Assembly (NCBI GenBank): GCA_019058445.1
Contig: JAHPZA010000006.1
Span: forward strand, 288,001 to 352,000
DNA: 64,000 nt
Direction of reading: 5' to 3'
Origin: Promethearchaeota archaeon
GTDB taxonomy: Archaea; Asgardarchaeota; Lokiarchaeia; Sigyniarchaeales; SOKP01
Translations under genes and position numbers: made by a program
Notes under the pieces: model-generated
Told to the model about the DNA's origin: nothing
Databases searched by the model: none
What the model saw: only the letters and a program-made list of their open reading frames with translations
Shown: piece by piece, positions 10,563-20,665 of the stretch
Layout of the letters: each line of letters starts with the position of its first letter
Numbering within the stretch: the stretch's first letter is position 1

Positions 10563-11339
10563 ATGAGAGTTAAAGATAAGATTGTGGTATTAACGGGAGC
10601 AGCTTCCGGGATTGGTAGGGCAACTGCACTTCTATTTGCCCAAGAAGGGGCAATTCAAGTACTTTCGGATATTGACGAAGATGAATTAAAAAAAACATAT
10701 GATTTAATTGAAGAGGGAAAAGATAGAACTATCTTTATGAAAGTTGATGTGAGAAAGCCCGAAGAAGTTAGAAATATGATAGAAACTACCATTGAAAAAT
10801 ATGGAAGAATTGATGTTCTCATTGTGAATGCAGGCGTTGTCAGGGTTGGTTCCGTAGAAAATTTCCCAGATGATGATTATGATTTATTGATAGATGTAAA
10901 TATTAAGGGAACACATTATACTTGCAAATATGCGGTTCCCTATTTTAAAATACAAAAATTTGGTTCAATTATAACATTAGCTTCTGTTGCTGCTCACATC
11001 GGACAAGTAGCTCATGCGAATTATTGCTCTACAAAAGCTGCAGTTTTAGGATATACTAGAGCATTAGCATTAGATTTAGCGCCTTACAATGTTCGAGTGA
11101 ATAGTGTCTCTCCAGGGGCTACAGATACTCCTATGCTCCAAAGTGACGTCGCAAAACAGGCAAAGGACAGAGGGGTTTCTTATGAAGAAGTTAGAAAGGA
11201 ATTTGAACAAGAAGGCGTGTTAGGTCGATGGGCTAAGCCTGAGGAAATTGCTACAGGCATTTTATTTCTAGCCACTGAAGAATCGTCATACATGACTGGA
11301 GCGGATTTACGCTTAGATGGTGGATGGACAACCCAATAA
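10563..11339 (+). CDS. Short-chain dehydrogenase/reductase
   Basis: TGAASGIG, NAG, YCSTK, VNSVSPG. Confidence 0.93.
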   Translation: MRVKDKIVVLTGAASGIGRATALLFAQEGAIQVLSDIDEDELKKTYDLIEEGKDRTIFMKVDVRKPEEVRNMIETTIEKYGRIDVLIVNAGVVRVGSVENFPDDDYDLLIDVNIKGTHYTCKYAVPYFKIQKFGSIITLASVAAHIGQVAHANYCSTKAAVLGYTRALALDLAPYNVRVNSVSPGATDTPMLQSDVAKQAKDRGVSYEEVRKEFEQEGVLGRWAKPEEIATGILFLATEESSYMTGADLRLDGGWTTQ

Positions 11340-11427
11340 ACTGAATATTTTTTATAATTTTCTTTTTAAATTATTCTAAATGAATTGAAGTAAATTCTAT
11401 GAGAAGAAATAATTTTCTAAATGTAAA

Positions 11428-12009
11428 ATGACAGTAATCGACATGCATATTCACCTAAAATATCGATCCTCTTGTTCCAATCTTTCAATGTATGATTTAT
11501 ACTGTAATTTATCCGTTTCTTTTAACGCGGTGTGCATTACAGACCATTGGAAATTAGCACCTTTGAAATATAATCCATACCAAGATCTAAAAATCTTTTA
11601 TGGTGCTGAGATTTCTTGCAAATTAGGTGATATTTTGGCGTATGGAATAAAATATATTCTTCCCAAAAAGAAAAACTACGATGCTGAAAATGTAATAGAA
11701 TTTATCCATAAACAAGGTGGCATAGCAGTGTGCGCTCATCCCTATACAAATAGACATGAAGGTTTTGGTGATTATGTGTATGAATATGAATTCGAAGGCA
11801 TTGAAATCAATGGATCATTGGATGAAAAATATCATCGTTTAGCTGAAAAAGCTGCAAATTCAATGGACATTCCAACATTAGGAGGCAGTGATGCTCACTC
11901 AATACGACAATTAAATACATTTGGAACGAAATTCGAAAAACCAATAAACTCAATAAAGGATATTGTTGACGCAGTTAAAAACAAGGAATGTAAGGCTATA
12001 AAAATTTAA
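11428..12009 (+). CDS. PHP-domain metal-dependent phosphoesterase
   Basis: DMHIH, ITDH, AHP, GGSDAH. Confidence 0.88.
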   Translation: MTVIDMHIHLKYRSSCSNLSMYDLYCNLSVSFNAVCITDHWKLAPLKYNPYQDLKIFYGAEISCKLGDILAYGIKYILPKKKNYDAENVIEFIHKQGGIAVCAHPYTNRHEGFGDYVYEYEFEGIEINGSLDEKYHRLAEKAANSMDIPTLGGSDAHSIRQLNTFGTKFEKPINSIKDIVDAVKNKECKAIKI

Positions 12010-12037
12010 AACGCTATTGGTTAAAGAGAGCTATAAT

Positions 12038-13564
12038 TTATCCGTGAGCAATAGGCTCGGGATAGCGATTTTGAATTTTTATAATCTCATGAATTAATTT
12101 ATTTACCAATTTAAATCTTAATTCTTGTGATCCTTTTTCATGCCATAAGTTATTAAGTTCATGAGGATCATTTTTTAAATCATATAATTCTCCTGTATCT
12201 TCTCGACCTTGATAAATTGTAATTCTATAATCCTCAGTTACCATTGTTCTAACTCGCATTGGTGTTTGATAAGTTCCTTTCTTCATCTTAAAATCCTCAT
12301 CTTCTTCAATAATGCATTGATCTCTCACTTTATACTTAGGATCTTTTAGTATCGGAGTCAAATCATGACCCTGCATACCTAAAGGATGAAATTTACAATC
12401 GATCTCAAGCAAATTTAAAATTGTTGAGGGGATATCAATAGAACTTGCTAGGGAATTTGTAATAGAATTGGGTTCAGTAATATTTGGTACATTCCAAATC
12501 AACGGAACATTAATAATTCCACGATAATGAACCATTCCTTTAAAAATAATTCCATGATCTCCGCAGATCTCTCCATGATCGCTTGTAAAAATCACCATAG
12601 TGTTTTTATCTAGACCGAAAGAAGAGAGGGCGGCTAATATCTGGCCAACGCTAAAATCAATCAGGGAAATTGTCCCATATGTATACGCTAGAAACTTTCT
12701 TATCTCCTCTTCGCTCGTTTTCCGAATGTAAGCTGAATTGTCATATGCGTTCTCTAGATATTCTCCTATAATTGTATGATTATCTAACGTATCATTAAAG
12801 CTTGGAGAAAGATTCAAATCCTCAGGATTATACATCTCCCTATACTTTCCCGGAGGGCATACGGGATGGTGGGGATCGGGAAATGAACAATGCAAAAAGA
12901 AGGGTTTATTTTCGTAACATCCTTCTGAAAATCTCTTGAAAAAAGCAATAGTTTTTTCAGTTATATATGAACTTTGATATAATTCTACAGGGAACTGTGT
13001 GTCATAATATGATTTTTGAAAAAGCTTGTGTATTCTTTTTTTTATCGAATCAACTAATTTGGGACTTCTTTCTTCTAACCAATCAAGATAGTGCCCTGTA
13101 ACGGCATCACCATGCCCTACAACTAAATCTACCTCATCCAACCCATAATAAGGTGTGGGAATGATAGGACGTTTATCCTTAGGCTGAAAAGTCCAACCAA
13201 GCATCGGTTCCACAGAGTTACATTTTCGGTCAAAAAGAGGTGTAAAGCAATTTAAATGAATCTTTCCAATGGAGCTTGTATGATATCCACATTCTCTTAA
13301 TGTTTGCGAAAAAGTAGGGATTTTTGTATTCAGATTTATGCCATTGCATCTAACTCCATGAATACTTGGATATGTCCCCGTAAAAATAGTTGATCGATTC
13401 GGCATACAAATCGGATTGGTACAATAGGCATTTGTAAATTTTATCCCATCACTGGCTAAAGAATCAATATTTGGTGTTTTTATATCAACGTTTCCATAGC
13501 AAGCCAAATGGTCAGCTCTGAGCTGGTCGCATATTATAAATAGAACATTCATTTTCTCATTCAT
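12038..13564 (-). CDS. Sulfatase-like hydrolase
   Basis: NVLFIICDQLRAD, CMPNR (CxPxR), GKIH, PHHP, TSDHG. Confidence 0.92.
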   Translation of the reverse strand: MNEKMNVLFIICDQLRADHLACYGNVDIKTPNIDSLASDGIKFTNAYCTNPICMPNRSTIFTGTYPSIHGVRCNGINLNTKIPTFSQTLRECGYHTSSIGKIHLNCFTPLFDRKCNSVEPMLGWTFQPKDKRPIIPTPYYGLDEVDLVVGHGDAVTGHYLDWLEERSPKLVDSIKKRIHKLFQKSYYDTQFPVELYQSSYITEKTIAFFKRFSEGCYENKPFFLHCSFPDPHHPVCPPGKYREMYNPEDLNLSPSFNDTLDNHTIIGEYLENAYDNSAYIRKTSEEEIRKFLAYTYGTISLIDFSVGQILAALSSFGLDKNTMVIFTSDHGEICGDHGIIFKGMVHYRGIINVPLIWNVPNITEPNSITNSLASSIDIPSTILNLLEIDCKFHPLGMQGHDLTPILKDPKYKVRDQCIIEEDEDFKMKKGTYQTPMRVRTMVTEDYRITIYQGREDTGELYDLKNDPHELNNLWHEKGSQELRFKLVNKLIHEIIKIQNRYPEPIAHG

Positions 13565-13602
13565 TATAAATCAAAAAACATATTGTAAATTTCCTAATTT
13601 AA

Positions 13603-14358
13603 TTACATTGTCATGCCTCCATCAACTAGGAGACTCACACCTGTACAAAATTCATTTGTAGTAAGAAACAAAACACCTTCTGCGATTTCTTCGGGTGTTC
13701 CAAGACGACCCAATCTTTGACGTGCTATATACTGATTTCTCACTTCTTCATAATTTCCTCCTCTCTCTCTGATTCTCTGTTCTAAAGATGGTGAGTCAGT
13801 AGTTCCTGGACAAATTGCATTCACGCGAATTTTATCATCAATATAATCAGCTGCCATTGCTCTGGTCATTGATAATACGGCTCCTTTCGAAGCAGTATAT
13901 GCTGCTCTGTTAGGGACTCCTTTAAAAGCAACGGATGATGCATTATTGACAATTACTCCTTGTGTCTTTTTAAGATAAGGAATGGCATATTTGGAAACAA
14001 GATATATCCCTCGAACATTGACAGCCATTGTTCTGTCCCAATCTTCTGTAGAAATTGTATCGACAGCACCCCCTAAAACAATACCAGCATTATTAAATAA
14101 AATATCGATTTTTCCATAAGTTTCTACTGTTTTTTCTATAATTAATTTTGCTTGTTCTTCTATTGACACATCTGCTTGGATAAAGAAAGCCTCTCCTTTT
14201 GAATTGTTAATCTTCTCGACAACTCTCAAAGCAGATTTGGACACAGAATTACAGCAAACTTTTGCACCTTCTTTAGAAAATAAAATGGCTGTGGCTTCTC
14301 CTATTCCTGCTCCTGCTCCGGTTATAATCGCTACTTTTTCCTGAAGTTTCATAACCAT
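13603..14358 (-). CDS. Short-chain dehydrogenase/reductase
   Basis: TGAGAGIG, NNAG, YTASK, VNAICPGT. Confidence 0.93.
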   Translation of the reverse strand: MVMKLQEKVAIITGAGAGIGEATAILFSKEGAKVCCNSVSKSALRVVEKINNSKGEAFFIQADVSIEEQAKLIIEKTVETYGKIDILFNNAGIVLGGAVDTISTEDWDRTMAVNVRGIYLVSKYAIPYLKKTQGVIVNNASSVAFKGVPNRAAYTASKGAVLSMTRAMAADYIDDKIRVNAICPGTTDSPSLEQRIRERGGNYEEVRNQYIARQRLGRLGTPEEIAEGVLFLTTNEFCTGVSLLVDGGMTM

Positions 14359-14401
14359 AATAAAAAAAAATTATTTGATTATACTTCTAATTAACCACGC
14401 T

Positions 14402-15766
14402 TTAAGATTTTTTCAATTCCTGTAATCTTTTTTCATGGAGAATTTTTAATTCATCATTCATTTCACGGAATTTTGTATAATTTATTGGAAACAAGCTAAA
14501 AACTACTAATGCAAGTATACCAACAATGAATGGTATCAATGAAACCAATAATGTTAAACCAAGTAACGCTGTAGGGGTTTGAGATTCGCTTCCTGCTTGA
14601 AATCCAAAAAGGAATTGCACAATTATTAGAGCTAAGCCTGAAAGAGCTATTGATAATCTCGCAATTAAAGATAATATTCCATTATAGGTAGCCTCTCTTC
14701 TTTTTCCTGTTTGCAATTCATCATAATCTATTGCTGCACTAAAGGGTACCTCAGTCATTAAAACCCCCCCTATCCCGAATCCGGGAATTAAAGTAACAAT
14801 TACCAATGTGAAAAAATCCCCTATAAACACCACAGGCAAGATTCCAACAGCCATAATTCCTATCGCAAATAATAATGCATATTTAGGCCCCTTTTTAGCA
14901 TATACCCACCTCCAAAAGGGAATACCGATAAGAGCCCCTAATGCTATTCCAAGTGCTGCAAATCCTATTAAAGCCTCATCCATTTTAAGAACAAATTTAG
15001 CATATAAAGGAAGGGCAATTAAAGTTATAGCAAAGCAACTATCAATTAAAGTATATGTCAAAGCCATTATTACAAATGATTTATTCTTGAAAGTTTCTTT
15101 GAACGCAGCAATAACCGGAAGTGGTTCGTCAATTTGATATTCTTTTCTTTCTTTGGTTCCTAGAAGTGAAAGATACATTGTTATAGATACCACTATTCCA
15201 AAAGTCAGCCCGGTTAATGGCCATCCAATTGCGGAAGCTACAAGTGGAGGAAAAATAATGCCAATTAATGAGGAAGTAAAAGCTATTGTATCTTTTATTG
15301 CCACTACTGTTGCGCGTTCTTTCTCATCCTCATACATTTCAGTGTATAATGCTGACCAAGCCGTCATTGCTAAGGTAAATCCCGTATCAAACAGAAAAAG
15401 CATAAAAAGGGCATGAAAAAATATTAGGATCTCACTGGTCCAAGGAACCCACCATAACAAAATGAAACCCACCCCGAGAGGGATTGTTCCAAGTATAATA
15501 TAAGGTACACGGCGTCCCCATTTCGTGATTTTTTTATCCATGTAATATCCAAATAAGGGATCATTAACCGCATTCCATAGCCCATACAATACAAACACTA
15601 ACCCTACTAGCTCAAGCGATAATCCTACTTTTACCGCGTAGAAAAAAACAAAAAAAGTACCCACCATATTATAGGGAAGGGCAGAAGTTACACCTCCTAA
15701 AGAATATAGTAAATAACCTTGGCGTGAATGTACTCTCTCGTTATCACTAATATTATCTTCACTCAT
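14402..15766 (-). CDS. GPH-family MFS transporter
   Basis: WNAVNDPLFGY..KWGRRVPY; DYDELQTGKRREATY. Confidence 0.9.
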   Translation of the reverse strand: MSEDNISDNERVHSRQGYLLYSLGGVTSALPYNMVGTFFVFFYAVKVGLSLELVGLVFVLYGLWNAVNDPLFGYYMDKKITKWGRRVPYIILGTIPLGVGFILLWWVPWTSEILIFFHALFMLFLFDTGFTLAMTAWSALYTEMYEDEKERATVVAIKDTIAFTSSLIGIIFPPLVASAIGWPLTGLTFGIVVSITMYLSLLGTKERKEYQIDEPLPVIAAFKETFKNKSFVIMALTYTLIDSCFAITLIALPLYAKFVLKMDEALIGFAALGIALGALIGIPFWRWVYAKKGPKYALLFAIGIMAVGILPVVFIGDFFTLVIVTLIPGFGIGGVLMTEVPFSAAIDYDELQTGKRREATYNGILSLIARLSIALSGLALIIVQFLFGFQAGSESQTPTALLGLTLLVSLIPFIVGILALVVFSLFPINYTKFREMNDELKILHEKRLQELKKS

Positions 15767-15864
15767 AATAATTATCTATCTCTCAATTTTAGTTTAAATA
15801 AATATTGATCAATTTCATATAAAATACTTCATACATAGTATGGAGAAAAAGTGAATGAAATTAT

Positions 15865-17031
15865 TCATGGTTTAAAATTTTGAATTATTTCAGCAATCAT
15901 TTCCACCTTACAAATGTCGCCATTCGGGGGAAGTTCATCTGATACTCCGAGAATCAGATTAGGAGAGAATATTTCCAAAACTTTTTGAGTATATTCTCTA
16001 AGATATTCATTTGAATATTCAGGTAAAAATAAAATTGATGGAATGCCATCTAATAAAACCTTATCTCCAATCGAATCTTTTAATTCTTCTAATGTTACAT
16101 CTCCTTGAGGTTTGGGAGTTAATGCCTCAAGCCCATCAAATGGTAAATCTGCTAAAAGAGGTAATAAATCCTTCAATGAACCATCCATGTGGATGTGGCA
16201 ATATTTGCCTGCCTGATGAAGTTGTTTTACCCTTCGTTCAAAATAAGGCATGAGATACTTCTTAAATTGAGGAGGAGGCGATAAATCGGCATCAATGTTT
16301 TCCCCAAAATTAATGACTTTTAGGGGAGATTCCGCAATGCTATCGTACATTTGATCATCCCATTCTTCTAAGAAAGATATGAATTTTTCCATCTCATTTG
16401 GATGGCGCTTAAGGAAAATTACGGTACGAACAAATCCCATGGTAATTTTAACTAATCTCTGATATGGTGATGAAAATAGATAAGTACTCACCACTCCTAA
16501 ATCCCCTATTTGCTTTTCTGCTCTTATAAAGTTCTCTTGAAGAAATCTGAATTCAGTATTTTCTAAAATGTATTGCATGATTTTCATATCTCCTACGGAT
16601 TTTACGGGAAATTCAGTATAATGCCCTCCAAGTCCACCGCCCACAGCTATCGCTTCAGTTAAATTGCCTAAAGGAGTTTTATATTTTGTAATCGTTTCAT
16701 CCTTTTTATTACCTCTTTGAGTAGTAATTTCTATTTTTGCTTCTGGATTAATTCTAGTATCGATAAGAGGAAGATATAAGGTCTCTTCCGAATATCTAGG
16801 ACTTGCTCCAAGCATTTTGTATATGTCTAATTGGCTTTTTTTTAAAAAACGTTCAGGAATTTTGTCTTTTAATTGTTTAATATGTTTTCCTTTCTTAAAG
16901 AGCCTATTTCCTAAATACCAATAGTAGATCCGTGGGCTAAAAACAATTCTATCTATTTTCTTTTTTGCGAAAGTATTCAGGATCCCTTCCTTATTTGAAA
17001 GTTTTGAACTCATTGTTAGATTTAACATCAA
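15865..17031 (-). CDS. Uroporphyrinogen decarboxylase / MtbA-like TIM-barrel protein
   Basis: YKTPLGNL, SPPPQFKKYLMPY, HIHMDG, DGLEALTPKPQGD, ILGVSDELPP. Confidence 0.72.
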   Translation of the reverse strand: MMLNLTMSSKLSNKEGILNTFAKKKIDRIVFSPRIYYWYLGNRLFKKGKHIKQLKDKIPERFLKKSQLDIYKMLGASPRYSEETLYLPLIDTRINPEAKIEITTQRGNKKDETITKYKTPLGNLTEAIAVGGGLGGHYTEFPVKSVGDMKIMQYILENTEFRFLQENFIRAEKQIGDLGVVSTYLFSSPYQRLVKITMGFVRTVIFLKRHPNEMEKFISFLEEWDDQMYDSIAESPLKVINFGENIDADLSPPPQFKKYLMPYFERRVKQLHQAGKYCHIHMDGSLKDLLPLLADLPFDGLEALTPKPQGDVTLEELKDSIGDKVLLDGIPSILFLPEYSNEYLREYTQKVLEIFSPNLILGVSDELPPNGDICKVEMIAEIIQNFKP

Positions 17032-17063
17032 TACTAATTGAAAATTAAAAGAGTAATTAACTT

Positions 17064-18566
17064 TTAAAGTTTAGAAGCTAAATTTAGAACCTTTAGACCT
17101 AGAAGTTTTGCACCGATGATAAAATCTTCTTTCCAATCTCCTATAAAGCTCACTCTATGCCAGCCAAATGATTCCCAGTCATAATTATTTAAAATCTTCC
17201 CAACATTACTTTCTACAAGCATTTTTGAGACACATCCTCCTTTATCTGGAACATTATCAATTATTTTTCCAGTTCTTATCTCTATTTTATTTTCAAAAAC
17301 ACTAATTTTTATGGTAGTAACTTGTTCACCAATTGGAAATTTCACACAAGGAGAAGCACCTAAATATGCAGTTTCTCCGTGATACAAAATTTCATAATCA
17401 GCAATTGGACCATCAATTCCATATAATTTACTTGGTGCGACGCAATGCATATAAGTAATTTGATCATTGACAGAATCAAACGTATGATTTGAAACATATC
17501 CTGGTCTGCCTGTTATAAATAGACCAAATAGAAAACTAATAGCAGAATCCATATCAGATTCACAAATACCATAATATCCCTCGCTACTCAGTTCGAAAAA
17601 AGCCATGCAGGGATAGGCAGGTAATTTACCAGTTAAAAGAAAAGTGCCACAATCTGGAGCAAATATCCTGCAATTTTTATCATTTAAAATATTTTTAAAT
17701 GCGATATACAACTTTGCTGAATTTAATATAGTTTTTTCTGTGGGTTCAACTTTTTTAGCATTTTTATTCCATTTATCCGCAACGATTTTTGCTTCTTCCT
17801 CGTTCACCTTTTGATAATATTCCACAATCTCATCGGGATTTCCTCTTATCATCCCTACGTCAAAAATGTTTTTCAAATTCTCTTTGTATTTCTTCTCATC
17901 TTTTCTCCATTGATGAGCTTGATCAAATCCTTCTGTATCTGTAAAAAATTCAAAGCTGGTATCTCCGCTCATTTTCCCTATTTGCTCAATAAATTCTGGA
18001 CTTTCTTTTCTAAGTTTTTTTCTTTCAGGATTAAATAATCCAAGAATTATTTCCCAATCCATCTTAATTTTATCACTGGCATATACTAACACATTAGTAC
18101 CCCTAAGTCGTAAGAGATTAGATAAGATTTCAACGGGTTTGTCAAAATCCTCAATGTTTTTGGAAGATATGGGATAAACATGATATTTCTTGTCTTTTAT
18201 ACTTACGTAAATTTTTGTAAATGTATGGTCTCCAGCATAAATGAGGTTTGCTAATATAGCAGGTTTTCCTAATTCAATGAACTCAATTCCTGCCTTGATA
18301 ATTCCGGGATACCCATAATGTCCTATCGTAAAAATTACTATGCCATCGGCTTTTAATATATTATCATTGATTTTTTTAATTAACTCATTGTCATAGACAC
18401 AAACTAGTTCGTTATTCGTAAAATTAATTTTAGGAAACTTCTCTTTTAAATGATGAAGGATGGTTTGGATCAATTTTTCATTATCATAACCTATATAGGG
18501 CCAACCAGCTTCCCATTGGGGTTTTCCAATAAATACAATATGGAGATTTATAATATCATTTTTCAT
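17064..18566 (-). CDS. L-fucose/L-arabinose isomerase-like protein
   Basis: PCMAF..L, CESD (Mn ligands), HC, C-terminal GWHRV..GD. Confidence 0.72.
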   Translation of the reverse strand: MKNDIINLHIVFIGKPQWEAGWPYIGYDNEKLIQTILHHLKEKFPKINFTNNELVCVYDNELIKKINDNILKADGIVIFTIGHYGYPGIIKAGIEFIELGKPAILANLIYAGDHTFTKIYVSIKDKKYHVYPISSKNIEDFDKPVEILSNLLRLRGTNVLVYASDKIKMDWEIILGLFNPERKKLRKESPEFIEQIGKMSGDTSFEFFTDTEGFDQAHQWRKDEKKYKENLKNIFDVGMIRGNPDEIVEYYQKVNEEEAKIVADKWNKNAKKVEPTEKTILNSAKLYIAFKNILNDKNCRIFAPDCGTFLLTGKLPAYPCMAFFELSSEGYYGICESDMDSAISFLFGLFITGRPGYVSNHTFDSVNDQITYMHCVAPSKLYGIDGPIADYEILYHGETAYLGASPCVKFPIGEQVTTIKISVFENKIEIRTGKIIDNVPDKGGCVSKMLVESNVGKILNNYDWESFGWHRVSFIGDWKEDFIIGAKLLGLKVLNLASKL

Positions 18567-18647
18567 ATATAAGGATTAATCAAATAATTTAAAAAATTAA
18601 TTAAATAAGTTTATGATTGGTTTATTCAAAATTATAAAATCGCTAAA

Positions 18648-19451
18648 TTAGATTCTAATGATCTTTCGCGCATCAGAGGGATCCGCTATTTCTCTCCCCA
18701 CATATTTGCTAATGCTCATATACTTTTCAACAATTTCAGCGTTATTTTTTGCAGGCACTCCGGTCTCGATAAATGGAAAATCTTCAGTTCCAACACGGAT
18801 ATTACCACCTCGAGATAAAGCAAGCACGGCTATCTTAATTTGCTCTTCACCCATAGTACTTACTGAATATAGGCAATTTTTGGGCATATTCCTGATTCTG
18901 TGCATATATTCTTCGAAGGTAGGAGGGGACCATGTTCCTCCAGGCCAATTAAAGAAAAGAGTTAAATATTGAGGACCCTCAACCAATTCTTTATTAATTA
19001 GTTGCTGTAAATTCCAATAAGAACCTGTATGCCACACTTCCCACTCTGGTTTTATATTATATTCCTTACATTTTTTACAATATTCTTCCAATTCTTCAAG
19101 AGGATGTAGGATATCTACATTAACTTGCGCAAAGTGTTCGGCATGGTGATTTAATATTATAGACATCATATCCGGTTTAGCTTCGAAATCACCATTTCTC
19201 ATTGGGATAGATTCGCTTGACATACCTGCCTGTATAATAACATCACAACGTTCTCGGATTCTTTTAACTACCTCGACCTCTTCCCCTCGCGGAAGATGAA
19301 CATGTGCTATGGCTGCTCCTGCCTCATAGCACTTAACTACATCTTCAACCAATTGGTCTGTAGTTTGAGGCCAATTTTTTACATCAGGATATATCCAAGA
19401 ATTTGCTGTCGTTGCAGTTATTATTAATTTTTCATTTGCCATTGTTTTCAC
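18648..19451 (-). CDS. Beta-keto acid cleavage enzyme (BKACE, DUF849)
   Basis: LIITATT, CYEAGAAIAHVH, IKPEWEV, GGNIRVGTED. Confidence 0.9.
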   Translation of the reverse strand: MKTMANEKLIITATTANSWIYPDVKNWPQTTDQLVEDVVKCYEAGAAIAHVHLPRGEEVEVVKRIRERCDVIIQAGMSSESIPMRNGDFEAKPDMMSIILNHHAEHFAQVNVDILHPLEELEEYCKKCKEYNIKPEWEVWHTGSYWNLQQLINKELVEGPQYLTLFFNWPGGTWSPPTFEEYMHRIRNMPKNCLYSVSTMGEEQIKIAVLALSRGGNIRVGTEDFPFIETGVPAKNNAEIVEKYMSISKYVGREIADPSDARKIIRI

Positions 19452-19498
19452 ACTCCTTAAATTTTTTTATATTAATATAAGATGTTAATATTTTTAAA

Positions 19499-20536
19499 TT
19501 ATCGAGAGACTCGTCCGGAAGTATCACCTTCCATTAATTTGTTAACTTCCTCTAAGCTAACTAAATTAAAATCGCCCAAGATGGTATGTTTTAAGCATGA
19601 TGCTGCTAAGGCAAATCTTAGAGCATAATAGGGATCTTCTTTTTTTGTTATCAGACCATAGATCAAACCCCCCATAAAGGAGTCACCGCCTCCCACTCTA
19701 TCTACGATATGAGTGATATCATATTGGGGGCCTATAAACATTTCCCTACCATCATAAAGAACTCCCGACCATGTATTATGACTTGCTGAGATAGAACCCC
19801 TTAGTGTAATGGCTATAAATTTGAGATTTGGATATCCCCGTTTCATTTCCTCTACTACATATTTGTATTTGGAAGCGTCAATTTTACCGGAAGATACATC
19901 AATATCAGGGGCTCTAATTCCTAAAACCTTATCTGCATCTTCTTCATTCCCGATTGCTACATCACAATATTTTACTAATTCAGGCATAACTTCGGAGGGT
20001 TCTTTTCCATATTTCCATAATTTACTTCTATAATTTAAATCACACGATATTATAATTCCTTTATTTTTAGCAATTTTCACCGCATCGAGACAAATATTTG
20101 CAAGATTCTGAGAAATTGCTGGAGTAATTCCTGTCCAATGAAACCATGTTACTCCATCAAAGATTTTATCCCATTCGAACATCTCAGGTGTAGCTGTTGC
20201 TATAGCAGAATGTGCTCTATCATAAATTACCTTGCTGGGGCGTGTTGAAGCTCCGATTTCAAGGAAATATATTCCTTGTCGCTCACCACCTCTTATAATT
20301 TTATTTGTATTTACTCCAAATTGTCGTAAGTATTGAATACAAGCCTCTCCAACTTCATTTTTCGGTAATCTTGTAACATAATCAACGGTTATTCCAAAAT
20401 TCGCTAATGATACAGCTACATTTGCTTCACCACCGCCATATATTACGTCAAACGTTCGAGCTTGTATTATTCGTTTAAAATTCGGAGGTGATAATCTTAA
20501 CATAATCTCTCCAAATGTTAACACTCTGGAATTCAA
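19499..20536 (-). CDS. kdgK: 2-keto-3-deoxygluconate kinase (PfkB family), TTG start after GGAGG
   Basis: TFGEIMLRLSP, GGGEANVA, YDRAHSA, DLNYR, DRVGGGDSF. Confidence 0.88.
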   Translation of the reverse strand: MNSRVLTFGEIMLRLSPPNFKRIIQARTFDVIYGGGEANVAVSLANFGITVDYVTRLPKNEVGEACIQYLRQFGVNTNKIIRGGERQGIYFLEIGASTRPSKVIYDRAHSAIATATPEMFEWDKIFDGVTWFHWTGITPAISQNLANICLDAVKIAKNKGIIISCDLNYRSKLWKYGKEPSEVMPELVKYCDVAIGNEEDADKVLGIRAPDIDVSSGKIDASKYKYVVEEMKRGYPNLKFIAITLRGSISASHNTWSGVLYDGREMFIGPQYDITHIVDRVGGGDSFMGGLIYGLITKKEDPYYALRFALAASCLKHTILGDFNLVSLEEVNKLMEGDTSGRVSR

Positions 20537-20665
20537 ATTTCAATCCTCCAAAAAAATTATTTTAAAAATTATGCTTTATTGAAATTAAATAATTTTATTA
20601 AGATTTATGTTAATTATTAACTAATTTTATAAAGTTAATTTAGAATAAAAATCTGTGATTTAAGT

